Shown here: piece by piece, positions 48,051-62,170 of the stretch
Layout of the letters: each line of letters starts with the position of its first letter
Position numbering within the stretch: the stretch's first letter is position 1
Assembly (NCBI GenBank): GCA_011109175.1
Contig: RDEW01000099.1
Coordinates: forward strand, 26,960 to 90,959
DNA from: Dicyema japonicum
Lineage: Eukaryota > Animalia > Dicyemida
Direction: 5' to 3'
DNA: 64,000 bases
The notes under the pieces: model-generated
Told to the model about the DNA's origin: nothing
Seen by the model: only the letters and a program-made list of their open reading frames with translations
The model's database searches: none
Program-made: the position numbers and the translations under genes

Positions 48051-49119
48051 GTCATCAGAAGGCCACCACCAGAAGGCACAAATGCAAGAGCAAACATTCG
48101 AATTTAATATGATTTTATTTAATTAATATTTTAAATAAAGTTAAATCTCCCATCGAAAGAAGCTTAGTGATAAAAAAATCCACTCTAACAGATCACAGTG
48201 AAGATAAACCTCTCCTCCATCCGAATGATAATAGTCAACATTTACATCCCCTGTATCCTTTTCCTACCATTGCTATTGTCTTGAACTCGGCTACTTTACC
48301 AGAATGGAAAAAATCTTAATGAACGCAGAGTCCCCTTGATTGGACTTACTACATGAATGTCACCATAGAAATGTATTTAGAAGATCCTGAAACAGTTCTT
48401 CCATGTCTTGGTCTTGAGAAAATTGAACATCTGACCACAGTATGAGTTTGTAATCCATCCAAACCGCAGTTGGAGAAAATCCTAAAGAAATGATCCAGTT
48501 GAGTGAAGGATATGAAATAATCTTTTCTATGCCGAGAGGTTGGTCTTTCCTGAGACTGGTGGGTCACATGGCGATACATTAATTGAACGAAGTAAGAAAA
48601 GAGCAGAGTATAGGATGAGGGCCTTCCACCAAGTAGGTCAAAAGAATAAAAATTAAGAAATAGGCTATTTTATGTTTCTGACTTAAATAGCATAAAGTTA
48701 ACCAAAAGATTTTTTATTAATCATTTTTTTCTCGAATTAGATGGCTGCCTATTAACCCGTATTTGTAATGATATGTACATTATTGAAATTTTTGAGTGTA
48801 TGACAATATTGAAAGTGTATCGAGGTCGACAAATAACTCAGGTGGATAGAAGGAAGCTGAATTTGGGAGAGGATCTGGATGATCTGAAGGCGGTTGCGAG
48901 AAACAGGAAAAAATGGAAAAAACTACAGCGCGTATCCTGAGACGCATGTCAAAAGTGAAATCTCAAATTAATTAACTTTTCTAGTTCTGCGGACATTTCT
49001 ACTACTAATAATTATTATTGAACTTATAGACATTATAGGTTTACTTAGTTGTCTATATTCATACTTTTTATTGATATCAGTTCTAAGGACAACTTGCCTC
49101 CTACAAAATAGTCGGGGTT

Positions 49120-49620
49120 AGTTAGTTAAGTAACCCCGGCCTCACTATCTTGGAGGAGGCCAGCAGCTATTAAATAGGACGAAAAATGCGGTCGCTCCCA
49201 TAGATCGGTCAGTATTGGTATTGTAGACCAAGGTTGTGATAATGCATGACATTTAAATAGGTGATTTGTTGCCTACATGTAGAGGTTGAAAAGAGACAGA
49301 GGATGTCGTACGTCAGTTGATAGGGGTTGCCCACATCGTAGATGAGCCAGGTTTACTCGGATGTCCCTTGGAAGAGAGGGTTCTGATGGTCTATTGGTGG
49401 AGGGGCCGGTGTAGTATTTTATTATCATCGAGTTTTCGGATGGTTCTCGTAGAAATAAAATCGTGTATCTGTTTCAGACGACTCCGATCATACGGGATGG
49501 AAGGGGATGGATGATAGCATTCGAGACAGGTCACTGGTTGTCAATTTTTCTATTGTTTTGGGGTTAGCATAGAGAGTGGCAGGAATAGTCAGCAACCTTT
49601 TAAGCCAGAGCCAATTTTTG
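49120..49620 (-). mobile_element. LINE 3' end (CR1/L2-like) with (TAAC)n tail
   Basis: SKGHPSKPG (RGH motif) near the end. The terminus is shared with 39570-39790. Confidence 0.55.
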
Positions 49621-51399
49621 CTTTTTTGGCAATTAAAAATTGAAGAGCCACTTTTTTTAATAATAAAACATAACAAAATTATATTTAATGTATTTAATGA
49701 GATAATTGACCCTGCATTACCTTCGCCAATAGTGAAATTGCAGAAGCTATTTTAAGGTGATCTTGTTGCATCGTCACATTTCAAGACATCTTATTAGTTC
49801 TATTCGCAGTTTTTTGAGGATAAGGTGTATTTTTAATTTGATTAAAAATCTCTGTTGGAATAGTCATGACAATTGTAGAATACAGGATTTGATGTATTCA
49901 CCATCTGTGAATGGTTATCTCATTTTTGGTCTTGTAACTGACGATATAGCTTCCAATATTAGTTGTCCTAGCAGACTGCTTCCAAATAATTAAGTGCCGA
50001 ACTTCCAATTTATATAATTTTTTTAAATTTCTTCCACAGCTAATTTTTCGTGCATCGCCAAATAGATATTTTCTTTAAAAATACTTGAATTAAAGTGTCT
50101 CTCCAGATTTGACTTTTTGTTCTGGTTGAATGTTTCGTGGCAAGGGAGACATTTTGGTAGATGATCTGAGCTTTATATGATGGCTAAAGTCACAGTCCAT
50201 TGAGGTTGAAAATGACGTTTTCTATTCATTTTTTTACTTATTTTCTCATTTATTGACAAAATCGACGACACACAAACAGAATATGATTAAGCGAGTAATA
50301 TTAATAATAACACCAGAGACCACGGTTACACAAACTAACTATTCACGTGATCCCAGCACGCTTAGCAGGGACCTTGTTTTGGCCCGATGTTCCTCGCTCG
50401 ATCCAACACAAGCACGTATCGGTCGAGTGACTGGGTCTTCGAAGTGACAACGGCGCGTTTCATTCGTATCAAAGCTTTAAGTGGCAATGGTGGCTGGAAC
50501 TCGTCAGAAATCCAGCGTTCTGTGATTTTGGAGGCTCTTACGGCTAGCCTCGATCTTCAAGATATTCGTCCAAGAGATAAATGGACCCCCATAAAAAAAA
50601 TTAAAATATTAAAAAATATGTATATGTAAATTAAAATAACAATTTAAATATAAAATAGCATCTAAATATTTTTTAAAACAATTATTCCCTTTCTATCTTA
50701 ATCTTTAAAATAGAAACGAGATGGCGTGGGCGAGGATAGCGAGTACAATAGCTGTAAAGCATGGCTCAAGCGAAACTTTTTTACGACTACGCGAAGGAGC
50801 TTTTAACTAACTAACTTATCTTAAAAGGTTAATTCTAATTAAAATGTTCTCTATCCAATTCGTTTCCTCTTTGAACAACTAAGGGAGTAAACCCAATTGT
50901 CACAGTCCTCATCCTTTTACTCAATATGTATTGTCATCACTGACCTCACACTCATCTCTTGAATTCCTTCATAATCAGACCAAGAGTAAATATCCTTTAT
51001 CCTTTCATTAAGTTTATCATAACGACGCGAAACGTCTACTCTCCAAAGTCTTGATTAACAGCGATTGAACATTACGCTTGATCTCTAGGTTCCGATTAAC
51101 AGGTCTTGGCGGCCTGATCTCTAGTTTCTAGCAGGACCTTTCGAAAGCCTCTCTTGGATTTCGATCACCTTCCGCCGAAAGGACAGGACAAAAAAATTCT
51201 TTAATAAATGAGATTTTATCTGAAACTTCATTAAACTCCAATCGGAAAATCCCGCAACATTTCCAATAATTCTGGCGTTCTTCAGAGATTTCATCCACAT
51301 AATAGGTTTGCAAATTTAATACTCCCCATGCTTTTGTCAATAGCCGAAAGTTCAACTGGAATACATCATCTTCACTATTTTATAGGGTCAGTTGCTTGA

Positions 51400-52400
51400 A
51401 AAAACTACCGAGTCTCACGTTCGTCGTGGCTTTTTAGTGTAGCGGTTTCCAAGTTTTTTTTTATGAAACAAAACGATTTCTCACTTATTCCTTCACTTGT
51501 GTCATCAACAATGGGGTTGAACGTTAATCGATCTCGTAGACTTCGTATTTTTCTCCTTTGCCCTCATTGTTTTTTCAATGGCATACATTGTGTCTACTGT
51601 GCTCCCGACAATGTTGGACCGGCAATGGGGGTCCACGCTAGTAGCATCCCATACCGAAGGTTTCTTCTCCACGAATAGAAAAATTGTGATTCAATCGGGC
51701 CGTTTTTTGTTTCCTCTGTCATAACCAAAAGGTACAACTATGGAGGAGTATCCTGCAGAACACAGGCACACTTAAAATTACTTTGATTTAATAGTCATGC
51801 ACTTCTTCAACAAGAAATGGCATGATGTCCATGACAGTCGACGGTAGCGCCACACTGAAATTTGTGAATTTGACAAATTTTCAATCCAAACCTGAAGATA
51901 CCGGTGGCGGACATTATCGTCATCAAGGTGGGTCCGACGCTACCAACTGTGAGGGAAATTGATCTAACGTCACTCCATTCGCATCTTCAAGTGGAGTTGG
52001 TTTGATTGGTTTAAAAGCCTCTCATATTTATCTTCGCAAATGGTCGTGCTGAGGCATCGTCACTTTCAATGCTTCATATCTGTGATTTCCAACGATTCTG
52101 TTTGGAGAATCATCCTGATCAGCAGTTTGCTGGAGCACGAGGGAGGACAGATATGCGAGGCAAGCCCAAATCCTTAGGTGAAAGATTCCAGTCCACCCCA
52201 GCTAACGGTAAGGTTGCTTAGTCGTCCGCAAATTTAACATTGGTGATACGTGTTCAATAGTGCTCGTAATAGAGGCTGTTGCATTTTTAGGTAACAGGGT
52301 CCGCATAAGCAATTTCGACGATGTTGCCATTAGAACTTATGAAGGTCCCGTAATACCGTCTCCTGATATATGGTAAATTGAACCAACATTGCATGTAAAT
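51400..52400 (-). mobile_element. CRE-like non-LTR retrotransposon 3' half, degraded
   Basis: Overlaps matches to 42540-42680 and 24840-25100; TVDTMYAIEKTMRAKE..KY motif. Confidence 0.6.
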
Positions 52401-52949
52401 TCACGAATTTTAATGAAAGTACTGTGCTTGGTGAGAATTTGTAAATCTCTTTATGTCAAATTAATTAATGGCAGCTTCCATAGTTAAAAATTTAGTCCAA
52501 AAATATTGAAGATTGCACTATTTTCTCTTTCAACGAATGAATGCTATCATAAGTGATTCGATTTTATTCCACAATTGAGGATATTTTTTTCTGAGTAACC
52601 CAGAATCGTTGATATCCATATTTGCTAAATCTGACTTTAGCTTCAAAGTCATATTTCAGATTTAATAAATTTTCTGTTATTTCTGGAAATATATTAATGT
52701 TTTCAGCTTCAAAATAAATTTATATACCAATCAAAAAATTTAAATTTTAAAAATCTTATAAAATATTTTAAGTAATTTTTTATAAAAGTACACACAAAAA
52801 AGTAGAATTAATCAGAAAAGCACATGATAAATAAAATCTAATGCAAATATTTACAATAAATAAAAATTAAAATTCCAGCGCCCCCTTATATGTTCAACCG
52901 CCATTGATATATATAGAGCAAAACAATCTTTCTATTTTGTAGCGTCTTC

Positions 52950-53600
52950 TTACATCTACGTTAGGCTCTCTTCGTCGTAGGTCAGTGATGCCCTCGTAGA
53001 TAACTTGGCAGAGAGGAACTAGTGATCACTGACGATAGCTGCACCTCCGTAAGACCACGAGAAATTAGGAGTGATTTTTCTTTGATGTAGTCAATTTGGT
53101 TGAAAATGTTAATAGAGCCTTCAGTAGGTAAGAATTGTTGCCCAGTTCATGTCGTTTTATGACGTGCAGAGTTTTGGAAACCAGTATTAGATAGAAAGAG
53201 ACCAATTCCTGGCAAAATTCTGCCAAGATAGTTCCCGGAAAGTTTATGGTCCTCTTTCGTGCTCGCCTTTCATTTCCTCTACGAGTTCACACTTTCTCAT
53301 TCCATTTGCCGGCAATGGAAAATATGTATGATGAAATGAGGTCTGTTAATGTTTTTCCTAATTCTTCGTAGAACAGAGTTCTTCCAGATTTTTTAGGATA
53401 CATCCACTGTGTGGATTAAAAGTTAAGCAATATTAAGCGGTAATTTTCATGTATTTCATACAGTCCATTTTTTTATTTTAGGCTCCTTAAGCAGCATACA
53501 GAACCTCGGTATTTCTCAATCGGAACATAGAAGGTGCCTCTTACCCACGTTATTCAGACCTCTGACATTGAAGATTAGGATAGTCAGGTCATTAAATTGT
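52950..53600 (-). mobile_element. RTE APE endonuclease fragment
   Basis: NTGFQNSARHKTT...IFNQIDYIKEK...SRSYGG...SDH. Confidence 0.7.
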
Positions 53601-53789
53601 TCTGAATCCTTTGTAGGGATTAGTGCGACAGAGGCACGTCACCTCAACCAAAAACGAAGATAATCCATAAATTGAAAAATAGAAGTGAATTTTTTATTAT
53701 AAAATTTATCTTTTTTAATATTTTTTAAATTAATTAAAAAATTTAAATTTAAAGTCGTAGTGCGGAATATGAATGCGAGTAAGATTTAA

Positions 53790-54116
53790 ATTTAAATTTA
53801 TCGAACTAAAAACATCGTTGTCGCCAGAATGAAACAATTCAGGTGATCCTGGTCTCCCTCAGAGTCTTCGCATGCTCGGACTTGAAGAAAGTGCCGTTTA
53901 TGTGGAACTCCCCTAGATGGTTGTTGACTAATGGTTCTTTTTGGATATAATTTAGGATTATATCTGGCGCTACCAGAGATTGTGAACCACACGGTGCACG
54001 CTAACAAATCAAGCTCCCGGGAGCCAAAGGAGAAGAGGAGAAACAGAAGAATCAAACAAACAATCTTCAATTCATGTGACCATATAGCACCATAATAATT
54101 TTGGCGCCACGTGGCA
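53790..54116 (-). repeat. Second copy of the about 320-bp candidate SINE
   Basis: Head ccacgtggcgcca...tggtgcta; attgaag...ctgtt..tcctct and gggagttccaca blocks align with 31505-31830; ggatcacctgaattgttt matches the LINE end at about 43785. Confidence 0.4.
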
Positions 54117-55899
54117 TAGTATCCAAAATAGTATATGAAATTTATTATAACATATTTTATCAATTAATTCCCACAGCATTTAATTTAATGGATAATTTAT
54201 CGAAACTATGCACTGAAGTGTCTTCCTGCTCTCAGAAGTTACATGAGAACCTCATTTGGTACAACGGTGATTCACTCTATTTCCAAAGTTAACCTTCAAC
54301 AATTTTGATTACATTGTACCTTTTTTGTGTGGTTTTACAGCCTGGGACTAAAATATTCAAGACGAATTGGTGATTGTCTACATTTTTGAAAAATATATTT
54401 ATTTCCTTCACTGTTTTTGTGATGGAGACTCCACATTCTCTAATATTCCTGAACAGTTGATAAAGACGGGAGTATTCCTGGATGGTTGAACCCCGAAAAA
54501 AAACCGAAAATTGGTTATTTTATTCACTAACTGAAGGTTTTTTCTCGTAACTAGTGTGCTTCACCCCTTCAACCCCACTTTTTTTGTTTCCGCCATTTCA
54601 AGGCCGTTCAAATAGTCAGCAGCTACCAAAACACACGTGCGTACTCCAATTCGTTTCTACGCAATGTCGTACACAGAGATAACCTTCAGCTTACAAAAGT
54701 ATATTTAATATCAATAAACTAGGAATTGACATGTAACACTGAACTTTTTCTGCCGGAAACGAGGATTAGGAACTTAGTTGGTGTGGAGATTTGACTTTCC
54801 TCTCCACCAGGTCGCCTCTGTAATGGTTCTTCTCTCGCGCTAGTTTGAGTTGGTTGACTCCTGACATTCCTCCGGTCAACTACTACCAAAATATGAGCTT
54901 GGATTAATCTGGTAACCATCATGGGTTGAATAAAGACATTTGGGAATATTATTTACCTCAACAGTTTAGGTTTCGAACGTTGATTTCGAAAAAAGAAAAA
55001 ACCATTTTTTGATGTACTCAATAAATCCGGATATTTTCGGGTTATGACTGAGATTATCGAAGGTTGATGAGAGTATCCTTCTATGCGACCTAACCCGTTA
55101 CTACTGAAAGAGTTCTATGCGAGTAGCTGTGGGGATAATCGGAGATATGTCGTTTTAAGAGTGTTTAGATTATATCTGGTTTGTAACTTAAATTTTAAAA
55201 GTTTTAGTCATTTTTACCTTAAGTCTTTCTCTGGTAAGAAGAACGTGGGTCCCAATTCTATGGACGGCTTTGTTGCTGCTGAGTCAGAATTTGACAGAGT
55301 GGTCCCTTCAGATTAGTTGGTAGTTTGTTTACTAATTGTAGTCTTCTGGGATTTTATGTCAACCGGTTGGAGGATTCTTTCAAAAGGCTGTTGCTTCTGA
55401 TTTAAAAACAAGTTGCAAACAAGAATAGTCTAGAATATTTTCCAAAATGCACACAAAAAACTAATAAATTATAAAAATCATTTAATTTGTTATTCTTAAA
55501 AAATGTCATGCCACAAAATTTTAGTATGTTATTTTAGCTAACGTTGCCGTAACTTTTTTCCATAATATATTTCATTAAAATTTTTAAATGGTTAGATTTA
55601 CAACTTTCACAAAATTTTGTTAAGATGAATTCGAGAGATAGCGAACTCATTACCTCTGACAATTTTGTAAGGAAATGAGGCTCAACAAACCAGCTCCCTT
55701 CTTTCTAATTCTTTTACTTACTTCGATAATCTATCCAACACGGTTTCAACAGGGTCGGTGAGCACGTTCGATTAGTCATGATGTTTCTACGGCAACTGGT
55801 TAAAATAGAGAAGAGAGATTTGTTAGCCGGACCATTTCCCGTTATAAAGAATGTATTTTGCCGTTACTTAAAACTGAAATTCCACAGCTCAGAAAACAA

Positions 55900-57840
55900 G
55901 GCGTACACCACTTGGGAGATGATTGTATAAAGTGGAAATGAACAAAAGTTACTTGAAAAAAAATTATTACACTTCTTTATAGTGGATCTCCTTGTTTTCT
56001 TAGCATCAAAATATTCCATCCTCATAAAAATAGATTATAAAATTTTAATTTTTGGAAACATTGCATAATAATTAGATAATCAAAATTGCATAATTTTTAA
56101 ATTAATCATTAATATATAAGATTTGCAAACTAAAAATCAAAAATATATTGACAAAAACATTTTTCTTTGACGTTGAAACATTAATTCAAACATTAATTCA
56201 GGCTAATGCTGATTCAATCAAAAACACTTCTCTCAATAAATACATTTCTTCTAAAACATTACATTTTAAAAAATCTGTGAAGGTTACAATCTCAAGCATT
56301 TATCAGAATTCTGAAATAAACTAAACACAATTATTTTTATAAACTCTAACTAAACATTATTTGACAAATAGTTCAGTTTTGAATATAAATGAACATTTGT
56401 TTTACTTTAAAATCAAAACAACTTACATTTTAACAGATATGAGATAGTGACTATTTCCTCAATTATCGAATTTTGAAATAAAATTAAACAAAATCATTTT
56501 GATTAAAAAAGATATAAATCCATTGTAAGACATAAATTCGTTTTGCTACAAATTTTGATTGTTCGAAACACTTATTCTCCTGTTTGATGCAAATTTAATT
56601 TCGACGAATCCCTTTTTATCCTAAATTTATAGAATCCTTGACTGATGTATTCATCGTATTTGCTATTGCATTTTCCACAAGTAATCACTATAAATTGTTC
56701 TTTAAGTCATTGGCATCAAGGGAGATACAAAGTTCAACATAAAATTGGAAGACAAATTTTTATTCACTGACACAATCATACATTCCCAGTATTGCTTAAT
56801 TTACATTTCTTCACGTGCCGGTCTAAACGGCATATCGAGATCTTAATATCCTATTTTTTCACCATCTCAGTAGAATATCTTTTTTGTCCACAAATAGAAC
56901 AGGCTGACTCTGAGTCGTCAATTTGGACATTGTTGAGTATAAAAGCTAATATTTTAAATCACCGGTTTTCTTGACATGTTAGCTATTCAATCAAATCAAG
57001 TTTCAAGATGATACAGAAATGCAGATCATTAATGTTCAACTTTGACAAAAAATACATAAAAACTTATCCCCACTGGAAAAGCATGGACCTAGAACATCCA
57101 GTGATTTCCTTATCTATTTTTGTTGGACAAATTCCTTTCATAACTTTGTCCAAAAATCTATGAAATCTCTTATTCCTTTACGAATGATATACTCTTCTCT
57201 TTAATGTTCTGTTGACGTTTCCACGTCAATCTGCTTCAACTTAAAATTTCATCCTAAATCTGATTTTTTTATTACTACTCCACATGCGACTTTTGATTTG
57301 AAATGCAACTTTGTATTTTATTTATGATTTAATATTTAATTACTCATTACAATATAAATTTCTTGTATTGTGATTCACCTTTACCGAATAAATACGAATA
57401 TCATCGTCTTTAAAAAAATCCTCTGATCTTTAGATATTTCGTTCGATAAATTCACTTATTCCATTAAATATGAAATCCTTTAATGTTAAATCTGACGAAT
57501 TAAATATTATTTGTAAGAAATTCAATGTTTTTATTTGTACTGATGGATTTGTGTCAAAAACCTCAACGATGCCCATTTACAAAGTATCATCCACATTAGA
57601 CATAATTTCAACACTATTGATCAAATGACTGATATTAAACATTGTTGTTTCCAATGCTGTTAAATGTTGTTTAAAGTCAAAATTAAATAAATTATCAATT
57701 AAGGACTGTGAGAATGTATATTCCATAATTGTTCGTAATTGATCAACGTGATCTTGAGGGAGTTTGTAAATTCCACTTTAACAACTACAATTGTAATACT
57801 TGTAATACTCGTCAAATAGTAATCAGTTTCGTGTAATATT
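55900..57840 (-). pseudogene. CKAP5: XMAP215/CKAP5 fragment, repeat copy 2
   Basis: Collinear with 14100-16160, with an about 190-bp internal deletion at a ctaa microhomology. KWN...QDHVDQLRTIM...FFDTNPSVQIKTLNFLQIIF at about 57785-57500. Confidence 0.85.
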
Positions 57841-59269
57841 GACAAAAACAGTTTTCTTTGTAATATATCCGAAACATTTTACTTAGGGTTGCCTTGTCTT
57901 ATTTGCCCCTCTATCATTGGAAAAACAAAGCATTTTACTCTTACCGATTGTAATAATTAGTACTTTGCGTGGAGTGGCACAATAAACCCAGTCATATTCT
58001 TTTAGTTATTAATAATAATAAAAAATTTAATTTTTTGATATTTTCATTTTAAAAATTGCGATTTTCTGTCTTTCTTGTTATTATTGTTATCATTTTTGTC
58101 TGCCTACTATTAGATTTTATTATTAGATTATGGTTGGGAGTAGTTGTGTAGAGTCCATGCTGGTAGCCGATAAATTCATCTCTGTAAATTCAAATCAAAA
58201 CTTCGACATCTTCTAGCAAGAACCCACCCACGCGGTCTCTTGAATTTACCTCTCGGTGAATTTCTTGTAGTTGTCGTGATGAAAATTTCCAATTTATTCT
58301 ACATACATCATCCCTCTCCAATTTCTATGCTCAAAATCATCCCACAGAGAAGCTACGTTAAATTCGAGAAGGGGCACAAGTAGATTTGCTTGGTAATGCA
58401 AATAGATTGGGTCTGTTCGCTAAATATATGCGGTTTTCTCCAAAAGTAGATGACCTCAACAAAACATTAGATACAATCGTATACAAGCTCTTTCAGGACT
58501 GATCACCTAAAGTGCTCAAATTCTGGCCGACCACAGTCACAGACGAATTTAGCTAAATAGGTGGTAAAAGTACAAATTTATATTAAAAATTATAATGTTC
58601 ATTCAAAAATGGTGTAAAAAAGTCAATATAGACTTGATGTTATTAGTCAACTCGTCCACAACTTAGATTCCTTTTTTGTGGATTTGTCAGTCTTCAATTG
58701 AGTCAAATCCTCCATATTTCATAATAACAGAATTTGACTACAGCATCCCTTAGCAAAATATGAAATTTAAAATTGGTAGTAGTAAACAAACGATGGGGTT
58801 ATTCAATTAAGCTTCAGTGAATATGGAAATGAGGAGAGAATGACAGATGACATCCAAAGTTTACTCAAAAGACAACAAGGCATTTAAATATCAATTCAGT
58901 TCTTCCTTTATTAGAATTTATTTAGATGGGGAAGTTGTTTTGAAGCTGTTAAATATTATTTCAATAATTTTGAACAAATTGTTAACGAATTTTAATTTTC
59001 GTTAACAATGTTAAACATTCTCTCAACAATAATACCGTTAAAATTTCACAAGGCAGATATTAAAAAGTATACAGAAAAAAGAATGGAACAAAATGGATAT
59101 AAAAACTAATATTGAGATGACTGAGCAGAAATTTGCAATGAGGATTACTATATTTTATCACAATGTCAAGTATCCTCTTCATCTGTAGAAAGGGCTATTA
59201 AAATGATTAAAAAATATTGCAAAGTGATAGAACTTCATTAAAAAGTAATTTAGTTTTTTTTTCCGCTGA

Positions 59270-59585
59270 CTGCAGAAAAAGAACCAGAAGAGGACCACAC
59301 CATGCTGCTCTGAACGATGTGATCGTCAGAGCTCTAAAGGCTACAAGCTTCCCATCACAGCTTGAACCCGTGGGTCTTGATCGAGGAAATGGAAAGAGAC
59401 CTGACGGGATGACCCTTTTCCCTTAAACATCCGGAAGATCTTTGGTCTGGGATCACTTGTGTTAATACGTATTCAAACACGAACCTCCTTAAATCGGTTC
59501 AGACACCTGGATCAACTGCTTCAACTACGGAAAACCTAAAAATCAAAAAATATTCTTGCCTCGGGGCAATTTATGCAACACAGGC
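59270..59585 (+). mobile_element. CRE-like zinc-finger/RLE fragment
   Basis: [13 protein letters not shown]...[21 protein letters not shown]...SGRSLVWD.TCV. Confidence 0.85.
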
Positions 59586-59615
59586 CTACTCGATACTCGG
59601 TGGAACAAATTGTTA

Positions 59616-59880
59616 CTATAGATGTTCTAACGATAGGCAGGAAGATATTGGAACGTGGGTAAAAACCTTGAGAATTCCAATTTTCTTTTGGATCCTCGTA
59701 GTCACCAGTTCCATTAGATGAGTGAATGTGAGGAAAGGATCCAGGATAACTCCAAGGATTGAAAGAGTCTTTTTGGTAGAGAGAGAGAAGTCACACAATT
59801 TTACTCCTGGTGTTGCCCGTATTTTTAAAGACTTTAAAGATATATTTAGACGGCTCTTCAAGAACCAAAGACCCATCAGG
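59616..59880 (-). mobile_element. LINE RT thumb fragment
   Basis: LSILGVILDPFLTFTHLMELVTTRIQKKIGIL. Confidence 0.65.
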
Positions 59881-60341
59881 TTTAATAGACCCTGTCGCCT
59901 CCTAGACTCTTCGATGTTTCACAGCGACGACGAGACGCTAAAGAATTGAGTTTTTGGTGGTTGGAGATGGGAGGTCACAGAGGAACATGTTGAATTACGT
60001 TGGTGAAAACGGTGATCCTTGTGGAGCTCAATCGTGGTATTGATTTTTGATTGTTAGCCACCACTTGGCCCATTCGACTGTTGATGAAATTTGCCAACCA
60101 TGACTTGAATTTATGGTGGATTTCTGTAGCCAAATCGCTCCCCATCAGCAGAATTTTAAGTGTTGTAAGTTTCTTTTAAAATCTACACGTTTCAGCAGCT
60201 ACTATCGCCGATTGAAAGAAACAATCATCTTAGACGCCAGAGTGTTTATTGTATTACCAAAAATATTTAATTTATTTTTTAATTTTATTTTGGTAATTTA
60301 TGATTTTTTTTAATTTTATTTTGGTAATTTTGGGATCAACG

Positions 60342-60470
60342 AGAAGGGTTATGGCTAAGACAAAAGATAGGAATAGCCATACTCCGAGGGAACTCGTTCG
60401 CAATCCACGCAGCAGGCTTCCTCAACTGAGATTTGTTTAATTGTTAAAAAAATTTTTATTTAAAAAAAAT
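60342..60470. repeat. Inverted copy of 45350-45485
   Basis: Reverse-complement match as described for 45350-45485. Confidence 0.9.
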
Positions 60471-61199
60471 TTATGATTTTATTATAAATTTTTACATAAA
60501 TATAATCATACATCTTTGTGGTTTTGAATGGATCCAGTCTATCTGTTTCCTTAAGATTTTCCGATTTAACCATTGATGTAATACTTTACGTAAATAAAAG
60601 GATTGACGAAAAAAAGCTTTCATTTTATCAAAACACAAAAATTCGACTAAAATCTTGGTAATCAAATATAAACCCTCAGACTCATAAATTTATAGAAAAA
60701 TTGTGTTCATTCGACCCTTATGGGTCGATCAATCAGACTATTGTGGATCAAAATACTACTGATGGCATTGTGAATTCAATCTTTTCAGAAGGGGATCAAT
60801 TCGTACCTACTGATTGTTATATTTAGTTAGGAAATATGTCCAATAATAATGATTTATCCTCTTAAATGTTATATTTGATATTTTTAACATTTTTATTTCT
60901 TATATCAAGTAGACATGGATTCTTTGTCCTTTGTTCATTCCTACTTTTCATTCCCCATCATGTCAGGAGGAACTCGGTGGATGCTATAGAGAGATCATTT
61001 ATTTCCATTGAGTAATTCCTTGGAGGACTCTCACATGAGTGAGTTTGATAGGCTTCTCTCTGTGTGACTGTAACCGTGGGAGATGGATACGCTTATTCAT
61101 CACTGTAATCGTCTTTCACGACACATCCATATTTAAAATATGATTTACCGTAAACCTGGGTTGTTACTCTCTAGTTCGTTTATTAAAAATTTTTAATAT

Positions 61200-61440
61200 C
61201 TCCCCATTGATAGGATCATAAATTCTATTGTGTGGGACTGCCTGGTTTGTTGATAAGTAAATCGATAAGATGAAAAAGTCACGACAGTAGTTTGCAAAAA
61301 ATAAAACATAGAAGAAATGAGGATTAATTTCAGAAATCCACCAACCTAATAATTTTAGAAATCCATCAACCCTATAATTTTGGACAGAATGCTTTGGATG
61401 CGCTTTGTCGAAGAGCACTGTTCGGGTGATAAGAGACTGC
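61200..61440 (-). mobile_element. mariner transposase catalytic fragment
   Basis: VLFDKAHPKH...LKLLGWWISEINPH resembles mariner HDNARPH...LGWE...HP. Confidence 0.5.
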
Positions 61441-61659
61441 AGTTTATTACAGTTCACGGAATTAAAGATAAGTCATATCACAAAGTGTGTTAAAAGTTCA
61501 GAATTTCCTAGATCTATGGGAGGCTGAACAATTCCCAGATTTAATCATCATCATGAGAAGGTTATTAAAAGATCGATTTGAATAACAAAATGGATAAAGC
61601 ACATACGAAAGACAATTTTTATAAAATCAAACACCTCACTCATCCCCAGGTAAATTAGT

Positions 61660-62170
61660 TTTTTTTATTTTTTCGTAGGTGTTAGCCCAAAATCCACATC
61701 ATTCGCATAAGATATCTCTTCTATGTCTCCTATATAGCATTTATCCCAACCGTTGCTTTGAAAACTGCGAGAAGTTGCTCTTTCTGTCCTCACCGATAGT
61801 CTTGTGTTCGCAAGTAGTAGTCTGATTATCTTAACCGACGATTCATCCAATATTTACTCAAGCACATTCATCAGTTTCTGTCTGCTTATTGAGTCAAAAG
61901 CTCTTGAGATATCTATTCCCAACACGATCGTTCCGCTCTTGAATCTATGGTGCGTTGCACAGCGCCATCTATGGCTCCACACAATGTCAGCTGTAGACCT
62001 CCCTTTTCGAAACTCACCCTTTATCCTACTTAGTGCCATGTTTGCTAGTAGATTGCGTATTGAGTTCAGATGTATGATCGGACTACTGGTCCTTTTGCTT
62101 TATTCGGTTTTTGTATGGGTAATAATGGTCCATTTCCTAGTTCTATATCGGAAACTGACAAATGACCAGG
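61660..62170 (-). mobile_element. RTE-like RT core fragment
   Basis: GEFRKGRSTADIVWSHRW...LGIDISRAFDSISRQKLMNVL...ISYANDV. Confidence 0.8.

Noticed and set aside
53798-54163. 121-aa minus-strand ORF with a hydrophobic stretch
   Set aside because: Lies over a dispersed repeat, and the hydrophobic part derives from a CT-rich tract.
55900-57840. Helitron or Pack-MULE as the carrier of the CKAP5 fragment
   Set aside because: No TIR, TSD or hairpin-plus-CTRR terminus could be seen at the copy boundaries, so the mechanism is left open.
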